Part shown: piece by piece, positions 28,531 to 37,680 of the stretch
Layout: each line of letters starts with the position of its first letter
Numbering within the stretch: the first letter of the stretch is position 1
Assembly (NCBI GenBank): GCA_031278895.1
Contig: JAITJN010000035.1
Span: 1,380 to 65,379 of the forward strand
DNA length: 64,000 nucleotides
Reading direction: 5' to 3'
Source: Candidatus Endomicrobiellum guadaloupense
GTDB taxonomy: Bacteria > Elusimicrobiota > Endomicrobiia > Endomicrobiales > Endomicrobiaceae
Made by a program: the position numbers and the translations under genes
Notes under the pieces: model-generated
What the model was told of the DNA's origin: nothing
Seen by the model: the letters and a program-made list of their open reading frames with translations, nothing else
The model's database searches: none

Positions 28531-29277
28531 TTATTCTCTAAGTTCAATGCCAACGTGATCAAAACAATCCAATAAATCTTTATATGTATCTTTGCCTGCA
28601 AGAAAATCCCAGAATTCTTCAGCAACTTTTAACTCATTTACTAAATCAAGCATTCCAGCCATTGTCCATCGGTCATATGGTTCTGGCTCGTAAGGATTAT
28701 ACGGAATTGCTATAAGCGTATTAACTTTTGCTTTGGGATTTTCTGAAAGAATTACCGCTGTCCATTCAAGTAAAGTTCTTTTAAATTCTTTAAAACTACC
28801 TTTATTAGGTTTTGCGGTTTTAATATCAAATAAAAATTTTTCTCCATTAATTTTTTCAAGGTAAATATCTATTTTTGTAAGCTTTACTTTATGCATTTTG
28901 CCTGTCCTGCAAACTCTTCTTATTCTTTCTATCTCTTCAATTTTACTCGGCTTTACGCTTGCTGCTGAGATTGCGTCAATAATATTTTGAATTTCTCTTT
29001 GAGCCCCATCGCTTATTTACGTTCCAGGAGTTGCCTGCTTTTCAGTTATTTTGAAATTTATTTTAGCAAGCTCGAGAGCGACAGGCTCAAAAATTGTAGT
29101 TTCAAAGTTAGTATTTAGAGAATGTATAAAAGAAAACAATGCCATTCTGTCTTTACCAAGAAGGCGAGTATGAAACGGCATAGACGCAGACCCGGGCTTG
29201 TAGTTTGTAAATTTGCTCCGTAAGCTATTGATTACAACTTGTTCAATATTGAATTTTTACCCATTGGTTAGAGACAT
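28531..29277 (-). pseudogene. Type II restriction endonuclease-like gene (TdeIII-family-like by recollection) inactivated by two in-frame TAA codons
   Basis: Hand translation from ATG 29277 gives MSLTNG*KFNIEQVVINSLRSKFTNYKPGSASMPFHTRLLGKDRMALFSFIHSLNTNFETTIFEPVALELAKINFKITEKQATPGT*ISDGAQREIQ...GKMHKVKLTKIDIYLE... This runs in one frame into the 121-aa track ORF (28531..28896). The stops are at 29259-29257 and 29019-29017. Confidence 0.75.
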
Positions 29278-29311
29278 AAGAAATAAACCACACTCCTTCT
29301 TTACTTTTTAC

Positions 29312-30900
29312 TTACCCTTGATTTATCAAATGAAAAATAATTTCCGAGTAAGCGCCTTTGTCTTTTTCCGTCCTATTTAGTACGGGACGTCTGAATTGGT
29401 TAACTATTTTCATACCTGCCTTTTGCGCTATTTGCGGATATAAGTTATATTTGTCGTTTGCTACCAAAAATACATTATAATCATCTCTGAAGTATTTTTT
29501 GCAATTATTTAAAACTGTGGAAATCCCCTCAACATAACTTTTCTGAGCAGCTTTTGTTTGCCCATTAGATAATGGACCTATTTCAAGCTCGTCTTTTCTT
29601 TCAAACCCGAATAAATCGTAAGCGTAGGCATGCTGCTCGTGATAGTTTATTAAGCCTACATAAGGTGGGCTCGAAAAGATACCAGAGATCTTTTGTTTCT
29701 TTAACAAACACCCGAAATCTTTTTGTTTTTTTGAAAACTCTTTTTGTATATCTATCGTTCTGCTGTCACCCGTTAAGCAATACTGATAAGTCTTTGTTTT
29801 TAATTTCGAAAACTCTTCTAAACGATTAACCGTATCTTTTGAATATGGTCGCCACCATTTAATTATTGAAAATATCGGCTTGCAGATTTTGCCGTGTTTA
29901 GAACAATAATAAGTTTTGCTGATAGGTTCTAGAAGCGTTGCTAAATCAGAATGCGTAGTGGCCCTGCAAGAACGCATCGCGCGGCTTAAAATTAAAGCGA
30001 GTATTTTTTTTATATCTCCATCCTTTATTTGTTTTATCTCGTTATATATGAAGTCGCTTTCATTTCTTATATTTTTGAAATACCACTTTTCTATAAAATT
30101 TTTTGGCAGACTTTTAAGTAGTTCTATTTTATATTCTGAAATCAATTTATTATAAACTGGCAAAAACAATTTTTCTTTCTCTGCACCGTATTGAGTTTCG
30201 TCTAAAAGATTCCGTCTTAATTTATATTTAAATTCCGGAACTGAAAAATATTTATCGTTAAAATCTTTTAGTTTGTCTATTAATGTATTTTCAAAATCAG
30301 CAACTTCTAACGTTTTGACTTTTGCATAGAATTTGAGTGTTATTTGTTCTATAGTCTCATGTAATTTTTTATGTCGTAATCTGCAACTTTACAATTTGAA
30401 ATAAACGCATTAAAATACGACACATCTATACCTATTGCGTGAAGTCCAAGTTCATTACTCTGCGCAAGAGTAGTACCACTGCCGCAAAATGGATCTAAAA
30501 CAATATCGCCCTTATTAAAATATTTTTTAGTTTTAAATTTATCAGTATGGGTGTCCAAAAAATATTTAACAAGCTGAGGTATAAATTTACCTTTATATGG
30601 ATGGAGCCTGTGAACATGCTTTGTGGTATCAGCTTCTTTTAAGTTGTCAAAAGATAATGCCCAATTTAAATCTTGTCCTAGTTTTTCTTTCCAAGCCGTT
30701 TCTTTTGATTTATTTAACGAAAAATAATATTTTTCAAGTTCAGATTTTGAAATCTGCGTTGAACCGTTATGTCCTATTTTTGCAACGCGTCCATACTGAA
30801 TTAAATAGGAAATATTTGAAGTTGTTACTTCTTCCCCTAAATAATCAGTCGCCCATATACTTGCTTCTTTGATTGTTAAATAATCTATATTTTCTAACAT
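29312..30900 (-). pseudogene. Amino (N4-C/N6-A) DNA methyltransferase split by a frameshift
   Basis: The upstream ORF (probable start MLENIDYL at 30900) carries an HTH-like N-terminus, ..HRLHPYKGKFIPQLV.. and SAM motif I DPFCGSGTT, and stops at 30349. The downstream ORF carries motif IV SSPPY. Its frame is open back to 30388, so the two frames overlap around a T6 run (30365-30370). Confidence 0.75.
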
Positions 30901-31028
30901 ACAAATATTATACAATACAAAATACGAAAATTTCACGCATAGACACCAGAAACCTTGGCTGTCGGGAAATAAAGGTACAGCTGCACACAATCTTGGTTTT
31001 AATTTTAAGCACGTCTTTGAATTGAGAT

Positions 31029-32324
31029 TTAGGTACTAAAGCAATTTTTATTTAACATATCTGCCAAACTTTTTGCATCTTGTATGTTTTTTTCAATAAA
31101 AGAATATTCCCATGCTCCGTATCTGCCTATTGAAAAAATATCACATTCTTTTAAAAACTCTTTTATAATTTGAAGAGATTTCTCTCTTTTATCGTCAAAA
31201 ATCACGTAAGCATAAGGCATATCTATAATATTTAGAGCTATTATTTTATCGGTTCTTCTTATAAATTCAAGATTTCTAAAATCGTCTAATAAATTCTCAA
31301 CATTTTTATATTTTTTATTGAATGAAGAGAATTCAACATAAAAGCTATAACTTCCTTTCGGTACATTCAAATTATTTACATTTGAATAAACACCTGCTCT
31401 ATAAAAAGGAATTTGAGATTCCGGAAAATATATCCAATGTTTGTCTTTGATCTTTTTTGGAACACCTTTTTCTGATTTAATGCCAATATTAACACATCTA
31501 ACGGAATTTGACAATAAATTCTCCACCGCTTTTTTAACATTTGGGGCAACATTTGTTATTTGCTTTATAAGCTCAGGTAGAGCTTGAGTTGAAACAATTT
31601 TATTGTATTTGTAGATTTTTCCAGAAGAACAGAAAACAATTTTATTGTGCACATCTATCTTTTCTACTTTAGAATTTAAATTAACTTTTACTTTTTTTGT
31701 AAGACCACCTATTAATGCTCCACAACCATTAACTTCAGGATAGTAAAATACGCTATTGTAGCCGTATTTCTTTTTATTTTTTGAATATGCAGTCTCAATT
31801 ATTGCATCTGCACAAGGCTTTGGAACAAATTCACCTGTCCACTCTGCAGTCATTTTGGTTAAGTCATAACTCCATAATTTATGATTATACGGCTTCATAA
31901 AATATTTTGTTATCCCAGCGCCAAACATTGCTTCCGACCAACGTAGAAAAGGCATTGATGTTGAAATTTTAATATCTTTTCTTTTTAATATACCTTCAAT
32001 GCATTCTTTTTTTGTTTTTTCATCAAGATAATAAAGGTTTGCTTGAAAAGGATATGGAATAAATTTATTTTTTGCATATATTGACGCATTTCTTTCTATT
32101 TTTAAAAGCCCTCCAGTCAACTTTTCTATTGCTCTTTCTATTTCTTTATCTTTAACATGTATAAAGTGTCCGGAACAATCAAAGACAAAACCATCTTCAT
32201 GGAATGAAGCGCAAAGCCCACCTGTATAAGGTTTAGCTTCTAAAACTTCATATGGCTTTTTCAAAAAATACGCAGTTGTTAAACCACTTATTCCAGCACC
32301 GATTATTAATATTTTCTCTTGCAT
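31029..32324 (-). CDS. FAD-dependent oxidoreductase, UDP-galactopyranose-mutase/protoporphyrinogen-oxidase-like
   Basis: 431 aa with the N-terminal dinucleotide fold ILIIGAGISGLTTAY and a C-terminal ..GRYGAWEYS.. motif. Confidence 0.6.
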   Translation of the reverse strand: MQEKILIIGAGISGLTTAYFLKKPYEVLEAKPYTGGLCASFHEDGFVFDCSGHFIHVKDKEIERAIEKLTGGLLKIERNASIYAKNKFIPYPFQANLYYLDEKTKKECIEGILKRKDIKISTSMPFLRWSEAMFGAGITKYFMKPYNHKLWSYDLTKMTAEWTGEFVPKPCADAIIETAYSKNKKKYGYNSVFYYPEVNGCGALIGGLTKKVKVNLNSKVEKIDVHNKIVFCSSGKIYKYNKIVSTQALPELIKQITNVAPNVKKAVENLLSNSVRCVNIGIKSEKGVPKKIKDKHWIYFPESQIPFYRAGVYSNVNNLNVPKGSYSFYVEFSSFNKKYKNVENLLDDFRNLEFIRRTDKIIALNIIDMPYAYVIFDDKREKSLQIIKEFLKECDIFSIGRYGAWEYSFIEKNIQDAKSLADMLNKNCFST

Positions 32325-33356
32325 TTAATCTACCTTTACAGAAGTAAGAGTGATACTTAACCCCCACATACCAACAATCAAAGAAATAAAAAGTACTAGT
32401 GAATATCCTGGCGTTAATGTTGTAACTAAATAAGCACACACAGAAAAAAATATACTTGTAACATAAGTTATAACTAAGATTTTCTTTCTTGAAAAACCCA
32501 TTTTTTCAAGACGTAAAGCATAATGATCTTTGCTCCCTAAAAATGGTAACTTCCCTTTACGTATCCTACAAACACTAACTAGAATAGTCTCATATATAGG
32601 AATAGCAAGTATAAATAATGGAGCAAAAACACCAAAGTTATTTATACTTGAATAAGATGTCCCCATAGCAAGGCTTGCCATTACAAAGCCAACAAATAAA
32701 CTTCCAGCATCACCCATAAATATTTTCTTTGATTTAGAAAGATTAAAAGGTAGAAAGCCAAGAATTGCTCCAGCTATAGCTATTGAACAAAAGTTGACAT
32801 AAAACATTTTAGTTGGAATAGAAATAAAGAAAAAAGCAAATGCTGCAATAACTGCAATACCGCTTGAGAGTCCGTCCATTATATCTATTATATTAAAGGC
32901 ATTTGTTACACCGACTATCCATATAATACTTACAAGGCAAGACAGCCAATATATAGAAATAAACTCTATCCTTATACCAAAGCAAAATACAACGATTGAA
33001 GCCGCAATGAATTGAATTAAAAGTTTTGATTTAAAATCAAGCCCTTTTAACTTTATGTCATCAATTAAACCAAGTAAACACAATATTAGAGACCCGTATA
33101 TTATTCCTCTTAAATTTCTTAAGGTTAAATTTGGGAAAGATGTTATATTTCTTATTAAAAATAACGATAAAAACCAAGAAGAAGCAATAGCAAGACCACC
33201 AAAATAAGGGGTACTAATTTTATGAGTTTTTATATTTGAAGAAGGATTATCAAAAACATTAAACTTAATTGCAAAAAATCTAAAAATAGGAACTGAAAAA
33301 AATGAAGCTATCAAAGCCGAAATAAAAGCAAACAAATAGAGTAAGCTTTCGTTCAT
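32325..33356 (-). CDS. Polyprenyl-phosphate HexNAc-1-phosphate transferase (MraY/WecA, GT4 family)
   Basis: 343 aa, polytopic, with NAFNIIDIMDGL and ..FMGDAGSLFVG.. motifs. Confidence 0.85.
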   Translation of the reverse strand: MNESLLYLFAFISALIASFFSVPIFRFFAIKFNVFDNPSSNIKTHKISTPYFGGLAIASSWFLSLFLIRNITSFPNLTLRNLRGIIYGSLILCLLGLIDDIKLKGLDFKSKLLIQFIAASIVVFCFGIRIEFISIYWLSCLVSIIWIVGVTNAFNIIDIMDGLSSGIAVIAAFAFFFISIPTKMFYVNFCSIAIAGAILGFLPFNLSKSKKIFMGDAGSLFVGFVMASLAMGTSYSSINNFGVFAPLFILAIPIYETILVSVCRIRKGKLPFLGSKDHYALRLEKMGFSRKKILVITYVTSIFFSVCAYLVTTLTPGYSLVLFISLIVGMWGLSITLTSVKVD

Positions 33357-33440
33357 TATTTTTCCCCCTAGTTGTCATGAATTTTTAATGGTATTAAACA
33401 CAGTCATACAAAACAAATCTTATTTTAGTATAGATCTAAA

Positions 33441-34430
33441 TTAATTAGATTTATCTTTAGCAAATTTAAATAAATCAGAAAAAGAAAGCTTTGTTTTTAT
33501 AATACAAATTATTCCTAACGAAAATATAATAACGAGTTGTAAAAAATGGCAAATTGCTGTACATATAAAAGCTGGATCCTTATTTACAGATAAAATTGAT
33601 AGAGCCAAAATGCCCATTAATTCAAATACCCCAAAATATCCTGGAGCAGTAGGGATTATACTTCCCATGCCTATTACTATAACTGTGAATATACCACCAA
33701 TAATTGAAATATGTATCCCACATGCATAAGCTACAACCACAATAAATAGTGATTCTGTTCCCCATAAAATTCCTGAAAGAATAAAAGTTTTTATTAAAAC
33801 AGAAGGAGTTTTTAAAACAATAAGCCCACTTGTAAACCTATCTAAAAAATTTGTTATCAAAGATTTAAGAGATGACGTCACAGAAACTTTTGATAATACT
33901 TTAAAAGCATTATCTTTATAAATCAAAATAATATAAAGTGCTAATAAACAAATGAAAAAAATAACGGTTAATATATAAAAAGATCTCTTTATATATTCAG
34001 GAAAAGACATAACCATAACTATTAAAAAGAAAAACGAAACAAACATTATTACATCAAACAAACGCTCAATAATAATCGTAGCTAGAACACTACTACGAGA
34101 CACTTTCAAGCGCTCTCCTGTTACCTTAGCTCTTATCAATTCACCAAGTCTTAAAGGAATTATGTTATTTGCAAAAAAACCAAGCATTGTATAAGGAAAA
34201 TTATCAAAAACTTTAGTTTTTTTTAGAGGAAGAAGAATATAGTAATATCTTATGCTTCTTAAGACATAAGTAAAACAATAAACTAAAATTGCTGGAATTA
34301 AAATAAGATAGTTGACGCTAGGGATAAGTTCCAAAGACTTTTTAATATCTATTTGGCGTAAAGTCAACAAAATAAGAATAACACTTATACATATACCTAC
34401 CAATATTTTTAAAAAATGTTTTTTGAACAC
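33441..34430 (-). CDS. Flippase-like / LPG-synthase-TM (UPF0104) family membrane protein
   Basis: 329 aa with about 8 TM helices. The early ..LRSIRYYYILLPL.. segment and the overall pattern resemble UPF0104. The assignment is moderate. Confidence 0.55.
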   Translation of the reverse strand: MFKKHFLKILVGICISVILILLTLRQIDIKKSLELIPSVNYLILIPAILVYCFTYVLRSIRYYYILLPLKKTKVFDNFPYTMLGFFANNIIPLRLGELIRAKVTGERLKVSRSSVLATIIIERLFDVIMFVSFFFLIVMVMSFPEYIKRSFYILTVIFFICLLALYIILIYKDNAFKVLSKVSVTSSLKSLITNFLDRFTSGLIVLKTPSVLIKTFILSGILWGTESLFIVVVAYACGIHISIIGGIFTVIVIGMGSIIPTAPGYFGVFELMGILALSILSVNKDPAFICTAICHFLQLVIIFSLGIICIIKTKLSFSDLFKFAKDKSN

Positions 34431-34450
34431 TTTATTTTAATCTCCTAAGT

Positions 34451-36022
34451 TTACATAAGTATAGTCTCACAAGCTTCTTGGTATAAAGGATTAAAAGGAT
34501 CTTTTTCAATAGCTAACATTATGTTATGTGACGCTCTCTCTTTGCTTTTTTCAAAATGATATAACCATGCAAGTTGATAGTAATATTTACCATTATTTTT
34601 AGAAAGATTTGAAGCATAATTTGCCCAACTTATAGATTTTTTTAAAAAAATCCTATTTTCTTTTTTTTGGTATAAAGCAAAATAAACTTCACTAAGCCTG
34701 CCAGAATATTCAGGATTTAAATAATCAATACTTAAAGACTTAATAAAACTATCTTTCGCTTCTATAAAATGTGTCCCTGCAAAAAATGACAATCCTTTTC
34801 TATATTCCTGGCGTGCATACAGAGGTGCACCTGAAGCAAAAATCAATGGTACACATAAAGCTGCTAAAATATAGCCGTTCAATCTTTTATTTCTCTTTTG
34901 TGTCAAATATCGCGGCAAAGGAAAAGAAAGAAGGAAGAAAAACAACAGCATATTTGTAGAAACAAAAGAACTTGAGTTAAAAGAATTATAAATCAGGAAA
35001 GAAATGACAGAGATCAAAACAAACAAGTATATATTTCTCTCTTTTTCTAACTTTATCTCTTTTGCTATGCAAAATAAGAAAACAGCTAAAATAGCTAAAA
35101 AGAATAGCAATCCGAATACACCACTTTCAGCTAAAACCTGCAAAAAAATATTGTCGCAATATAGGACATCAACATTTTCAAAAATTCCGTAAGAAAGAGA
35201 TACAGATTTATAATTATTAAAACCAACGCCAAGTAAGAAATTATCTTTTATTACATATAATGCTGTTTTCCAAACAAACAGTTTATCTAAAAAGTAAGAA
35301 CTCTTAATAAGAAGATAGAATGACCCAACGCCCATCATTGTAAAAAGAACTGCAACTGTTCTCTTCTGGATTGCACCTAAAATAAACAAAGAAATTGCAA
35401 ATATAAGATTTGCAACAAATACTGCGAATAAAGATCTTGTCATAACAATAGCAAGAAAAAAAATAAACGGCATAAATATATAAATTCTTTTTTCTTCATT
35501 CCAAAAAGCAAAAGATAATGAAAGAGCAGACAACAGAAAGCATATTGCAGAGTCCATATATCCAGTTAATCCTGGAATATAAGAACATTTTGACGAGAAA
35601 AGAATAGATGCAAAAATATAAATAGTAAGCCAAAGAGCTATAACTACCTGTATGATTAATACTTTTTTTCTTTCTTCAACAATCAAAAAACCATTTAGTA
35701 AATATATACCAGATGCTGAAAAAAGCAAAAACATTTCATTTCTTATATTATACTTAAAATCTGCAAAAAAATAAGAAATTATAATTATTAAAATGAATAG
35801 AGAAAATGGAAGTAGATACTTTTTTAAGCTAATTTTAAAGTTATTGAAACAAAATATAGAGGTTATCACAATGATGATAAAGGAAGCAATATTTATACCC
35901 AAAGAATCTGAAAAACGAGAAAAAACTGAAAATATAAAAACTATGGAAAACAAGACTGTCAGAAAGTAAAAATTTTCACGAGTTGATGACATTTTTAAAC
36001 TCCTAAAATTTTTGTTTCCCAT
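34451..36022 (-). CDS. O-antigen ligase (Wzy_C) family membrane protein with C-terminal TPR-like domain
   Basis: 523 aa with more than 10 TM helices and ..LLGVGFNNYKS... and ..DNIFLQVLAESGVFGLLFF.. characteristic of Wzy_C. The soluble C-terminal ~130 aa is TPR-like. Confidence 0.7.
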   Translation of the reverse strand: MGNKNFRSLKMSSTRENFYFLTVLFSIVFIFSVFSRFSDSLGINIASFIIIVITSIFCFNNFKISLKKYLLPFSLFILIIIISYFFADFKYNIRNEMFLLFSASGIYLLNGFLIVEERKKVLIIQVVIALWLTIYIFASILFSSKCSYIPGLTGYMDSAICFLLSALSLSFAFWNEEKRIYIFMPFIFFLAIVMTRSLFAVFVANLIFAISLFILGAIQKRTVAVLFTMMGVGSFYLLIKSSYFLDKLFVWKTALYVIKDNFLLGVGFNNYKSVSLSYGIFENVDVLYCDNIFLQVLAESGVFGLLFFLAILAVFLFCIAKEIKLEKERNIYLFVLISVISFLIYNSFNSSSFVSTNMLLFFFLLSFPLPRYLTQKRNKRLNGYILAALCVPLIFASGAPLYARQEYRKGLSFFAGTHFIEAKDSFIKSLSIDYLNPEYSGRLSEVYFALYQKKENRIFLKKSISWANYASNLSKNNGKYYYQLAWLYHFEKSKERASHNIMLAIEKDPFNPLYQEACETILM

Positions 36023-36042
36023 CTAAAAAATTCAGTAAATAG

Positions 36043-36654
36043 TTAAACTGGACGAGGAATAAATATAGTGGCAAAAGATGCCAGTGATAAAAATGGTCCA
36101 AATGGAATATATGTTTCCCTTATATTACGTTTATTAAATAAAATAAAGATAAGACCATATATACTCCCTAACAGTGCGGCTATAAAAGTTGCAAGTAATA
36201 CTTTTTCAACACCAATAAAAGCCCCTACTCCAACCATCAACTTTATATCTCCACCACCAATAACTTCTTTTTTATAAAAAAATTGTCCTATTATACCAAT
36301 TAAAAATAAAACACCACCTCCAGCAAGAATACCTAAGATGGCATTAAAAAATCTTAGAGAATAAGTTTCTCCTAATATATGATTAAAAAAACTAAAAATT
36401 AAACCCGTTCCAAATAAAAGAGGTGGAATAATTACTGGAATTATCCTATGAAAATAGTCAATAACAGAAGCTGAAATTAAAGAAAACGCAAAAATGGAAA
36501 ACATTAAAAATTGCAGTGAAAAAGAAAATTCAGAGAAGAGAAATACTAAAGAAAAAGCAGAGATAAGTTTTACCAATAAACTTTTATGAACTATATTACC
36601 AACTTTAAACCCTATATAAAAAACAACTAAAATCTTAATATATAAAAACCTCAT
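36043..36654 (-). CDS. A24-family prepilin peptidase (peptidase domain only)
   Basis: 203 aa, polytopic, with the two catalytic Asp contexts ..SVIDYFHRIIP.. and ..GGGDIKLM... There is no N-terminal Cys-rich methyltransferase domain. Confidence 0.8.
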   Translation of the reverse strand: MRFLYIKILVVFYIGFKVGNIVHKSLLVKLISAFSLVFLFSEFSFSLQFLMFSIFAFSLISASVIDYFHRIIPVIIPPLLFGTGLIFSFFNHILGETYSLRFFNAILGILAGGGVLFLIGIIGQFFYKKEVIGGGDIKLMVGVGAFIGVEKVLLATFIAALLGSIYGLIFILFNKRNIRETYIPFGPFLSLASFATIFIPRPV

Positions 36655-36656
36655 TA

Positions 36657-37067
36657 TTATAGCTTACTCCAGTCACCATGTGAACAATTTATCCAAATTT
36701 GCCCCTTTGTTCGTCCACTGGAATCAGGAGTATCCTCAACTTTATATGCCCATCCACCAGAATCTGTATTGTTGTCAAGATTGGTTGTTGTTATATAGTT
36801 TGATTTTTTATGATGAGGAATATAAACATATGGTATTTTTTCTATATATCCCTTATCTACAAGATCTTTAGCAATATTACTATCGGGATATTTTCCATTA
36901 TTATAAGCATAGTATACAGCAATAGCACTTCTTAAAGAAGAAAGCCCTTTTTTTGTAGCAATCTCTTTAGACTGTTCTAAGGCACGAAAACATTTAGGAA
37001 GAATAAGAGAAGTAAGCAAAACTAAAACTATAATAGCTCCCACTATTTCTATTTTGTTAATTTTCAT
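36657..37067 (-). CDS. Type IV pilin / pseudopilin-like protein with non-canonical leader
   Basis: 136 aa. MKINKIEIVGAIIVLVLLTSLILPKCFRALEQSKEIATKKGLSSLRSAIAVYY matches the pilin N-terminal helix pattern, including Glu and the ..P...A.E.S......L..LRSAI..Y segment. It lacks the Gly-Phe cleavage motif. The gene lies 2 nt upstream of the prepilin peptidase gene. Confidence 0.6.
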   Translation of the reverse strand: MKINKIEIVGAIIVLVLLTSLILPKCFRALEQSKEIATKKGLSSLRSAIAVYYAYNNGKYPDSNIAKDLVDKGYIEKIPYVYIPHHKKSNYITTTNLDNNTDSGGWAYKVEDTPDSSGRTKGQIWINCSHGDWSKL

Positions 37068-37075
37068 AGTAGCCT

Positions 37076-37570
37076 TTATCTACTTCCAAATCGCTTTTTC
37101 AAGTCAAGTTCAACACATTTAGGAACAAAATCTCTTGTACTTCCGCCAAGCATAGCAATTTCTTTAACCATACTTGAAGAAAGGAAAGTATAAGATTGAT
37201 CTGGCGTAAGGAATATAGTCTCAATTTTTTTATTTAGCTTTCTGTTCATTAAAGCCATCTGGAATTCATATTCAAAATCAGAGAGAGCTCTTAAGCCTCT
37301 TATCACTATAAAAGAATTTATTTTCTCAAGATAGTCTGCCAAAAGACCTGAAAAAGATAAAACCTCTACATTTTCTAAATTCTCTGTAGATTTCTTCAAT
37401 AAGTCAACTCTTTCTTGCAATGTAAATGTATGTTTTTTATTAACATTATCCGTTACAGCAACTATTATATTTGGAAATAATCGCGAAGCTCTTGCTATAA
37501 TATCTAAATGTCCGTTTGTATGAGGGTCAAAACTGCCAGGATAAACTGCTGAAAACTTTCTACTATTCAT
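37076..37570 (-). CDS. coaD: Phosphopantetheine adenylyltransferase
   Basis: 164 aa with the YPGSFDPHTNGH motif. Confidence 0.93.
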   Translation of the reverse strand: MNSRKFSAVYPGSFDPHTNGHLDIIARASRLFPNIIVAVTDNVNKKHTFTLQERVDLLKKSTENLENVEVLSFSGLLADYLEKINSFIVIRGLRALSDFEYEFQMALMNRKLNKKIETIFLTPDQSYTFLSSSMVKEIAMLGGSTRDFVPKCVELDLKKRFGSR

Positions 37571-37680
37571 AGCGAATTTTATATCAATTTTAAGTCTAAT
37601 GTGTCAATTTGTGTCATTCCAAAATTAAAAGCTGGCTAAATGTATTAGGGCTTCAAAGTTAAAGATAAACTGATAGAATA

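Noticed and set aside
28531-29277. In-frame TAA codons in the restriction gene as a sign of stop-codon reassignment or an alternative genetic code
   Set aside because: TAA is the terminator of most clearly recognisable genes in this window (for example the zinc-ribbon gene, the kinase and the methyltransferase). All long housekeeping ORFs are intact under the standard code. Ordinary nonsense mutations explain the two codons.
32248-32439. 63-aa minus-strand ORF spanning the junction of the WecA-like and FAD-oxidoreductase genes; likewise 50485..50673 inside mutS
   Set aside because: Both are out-of-frame overlaps with strongly supported genes and have arbitrary sequence composition.
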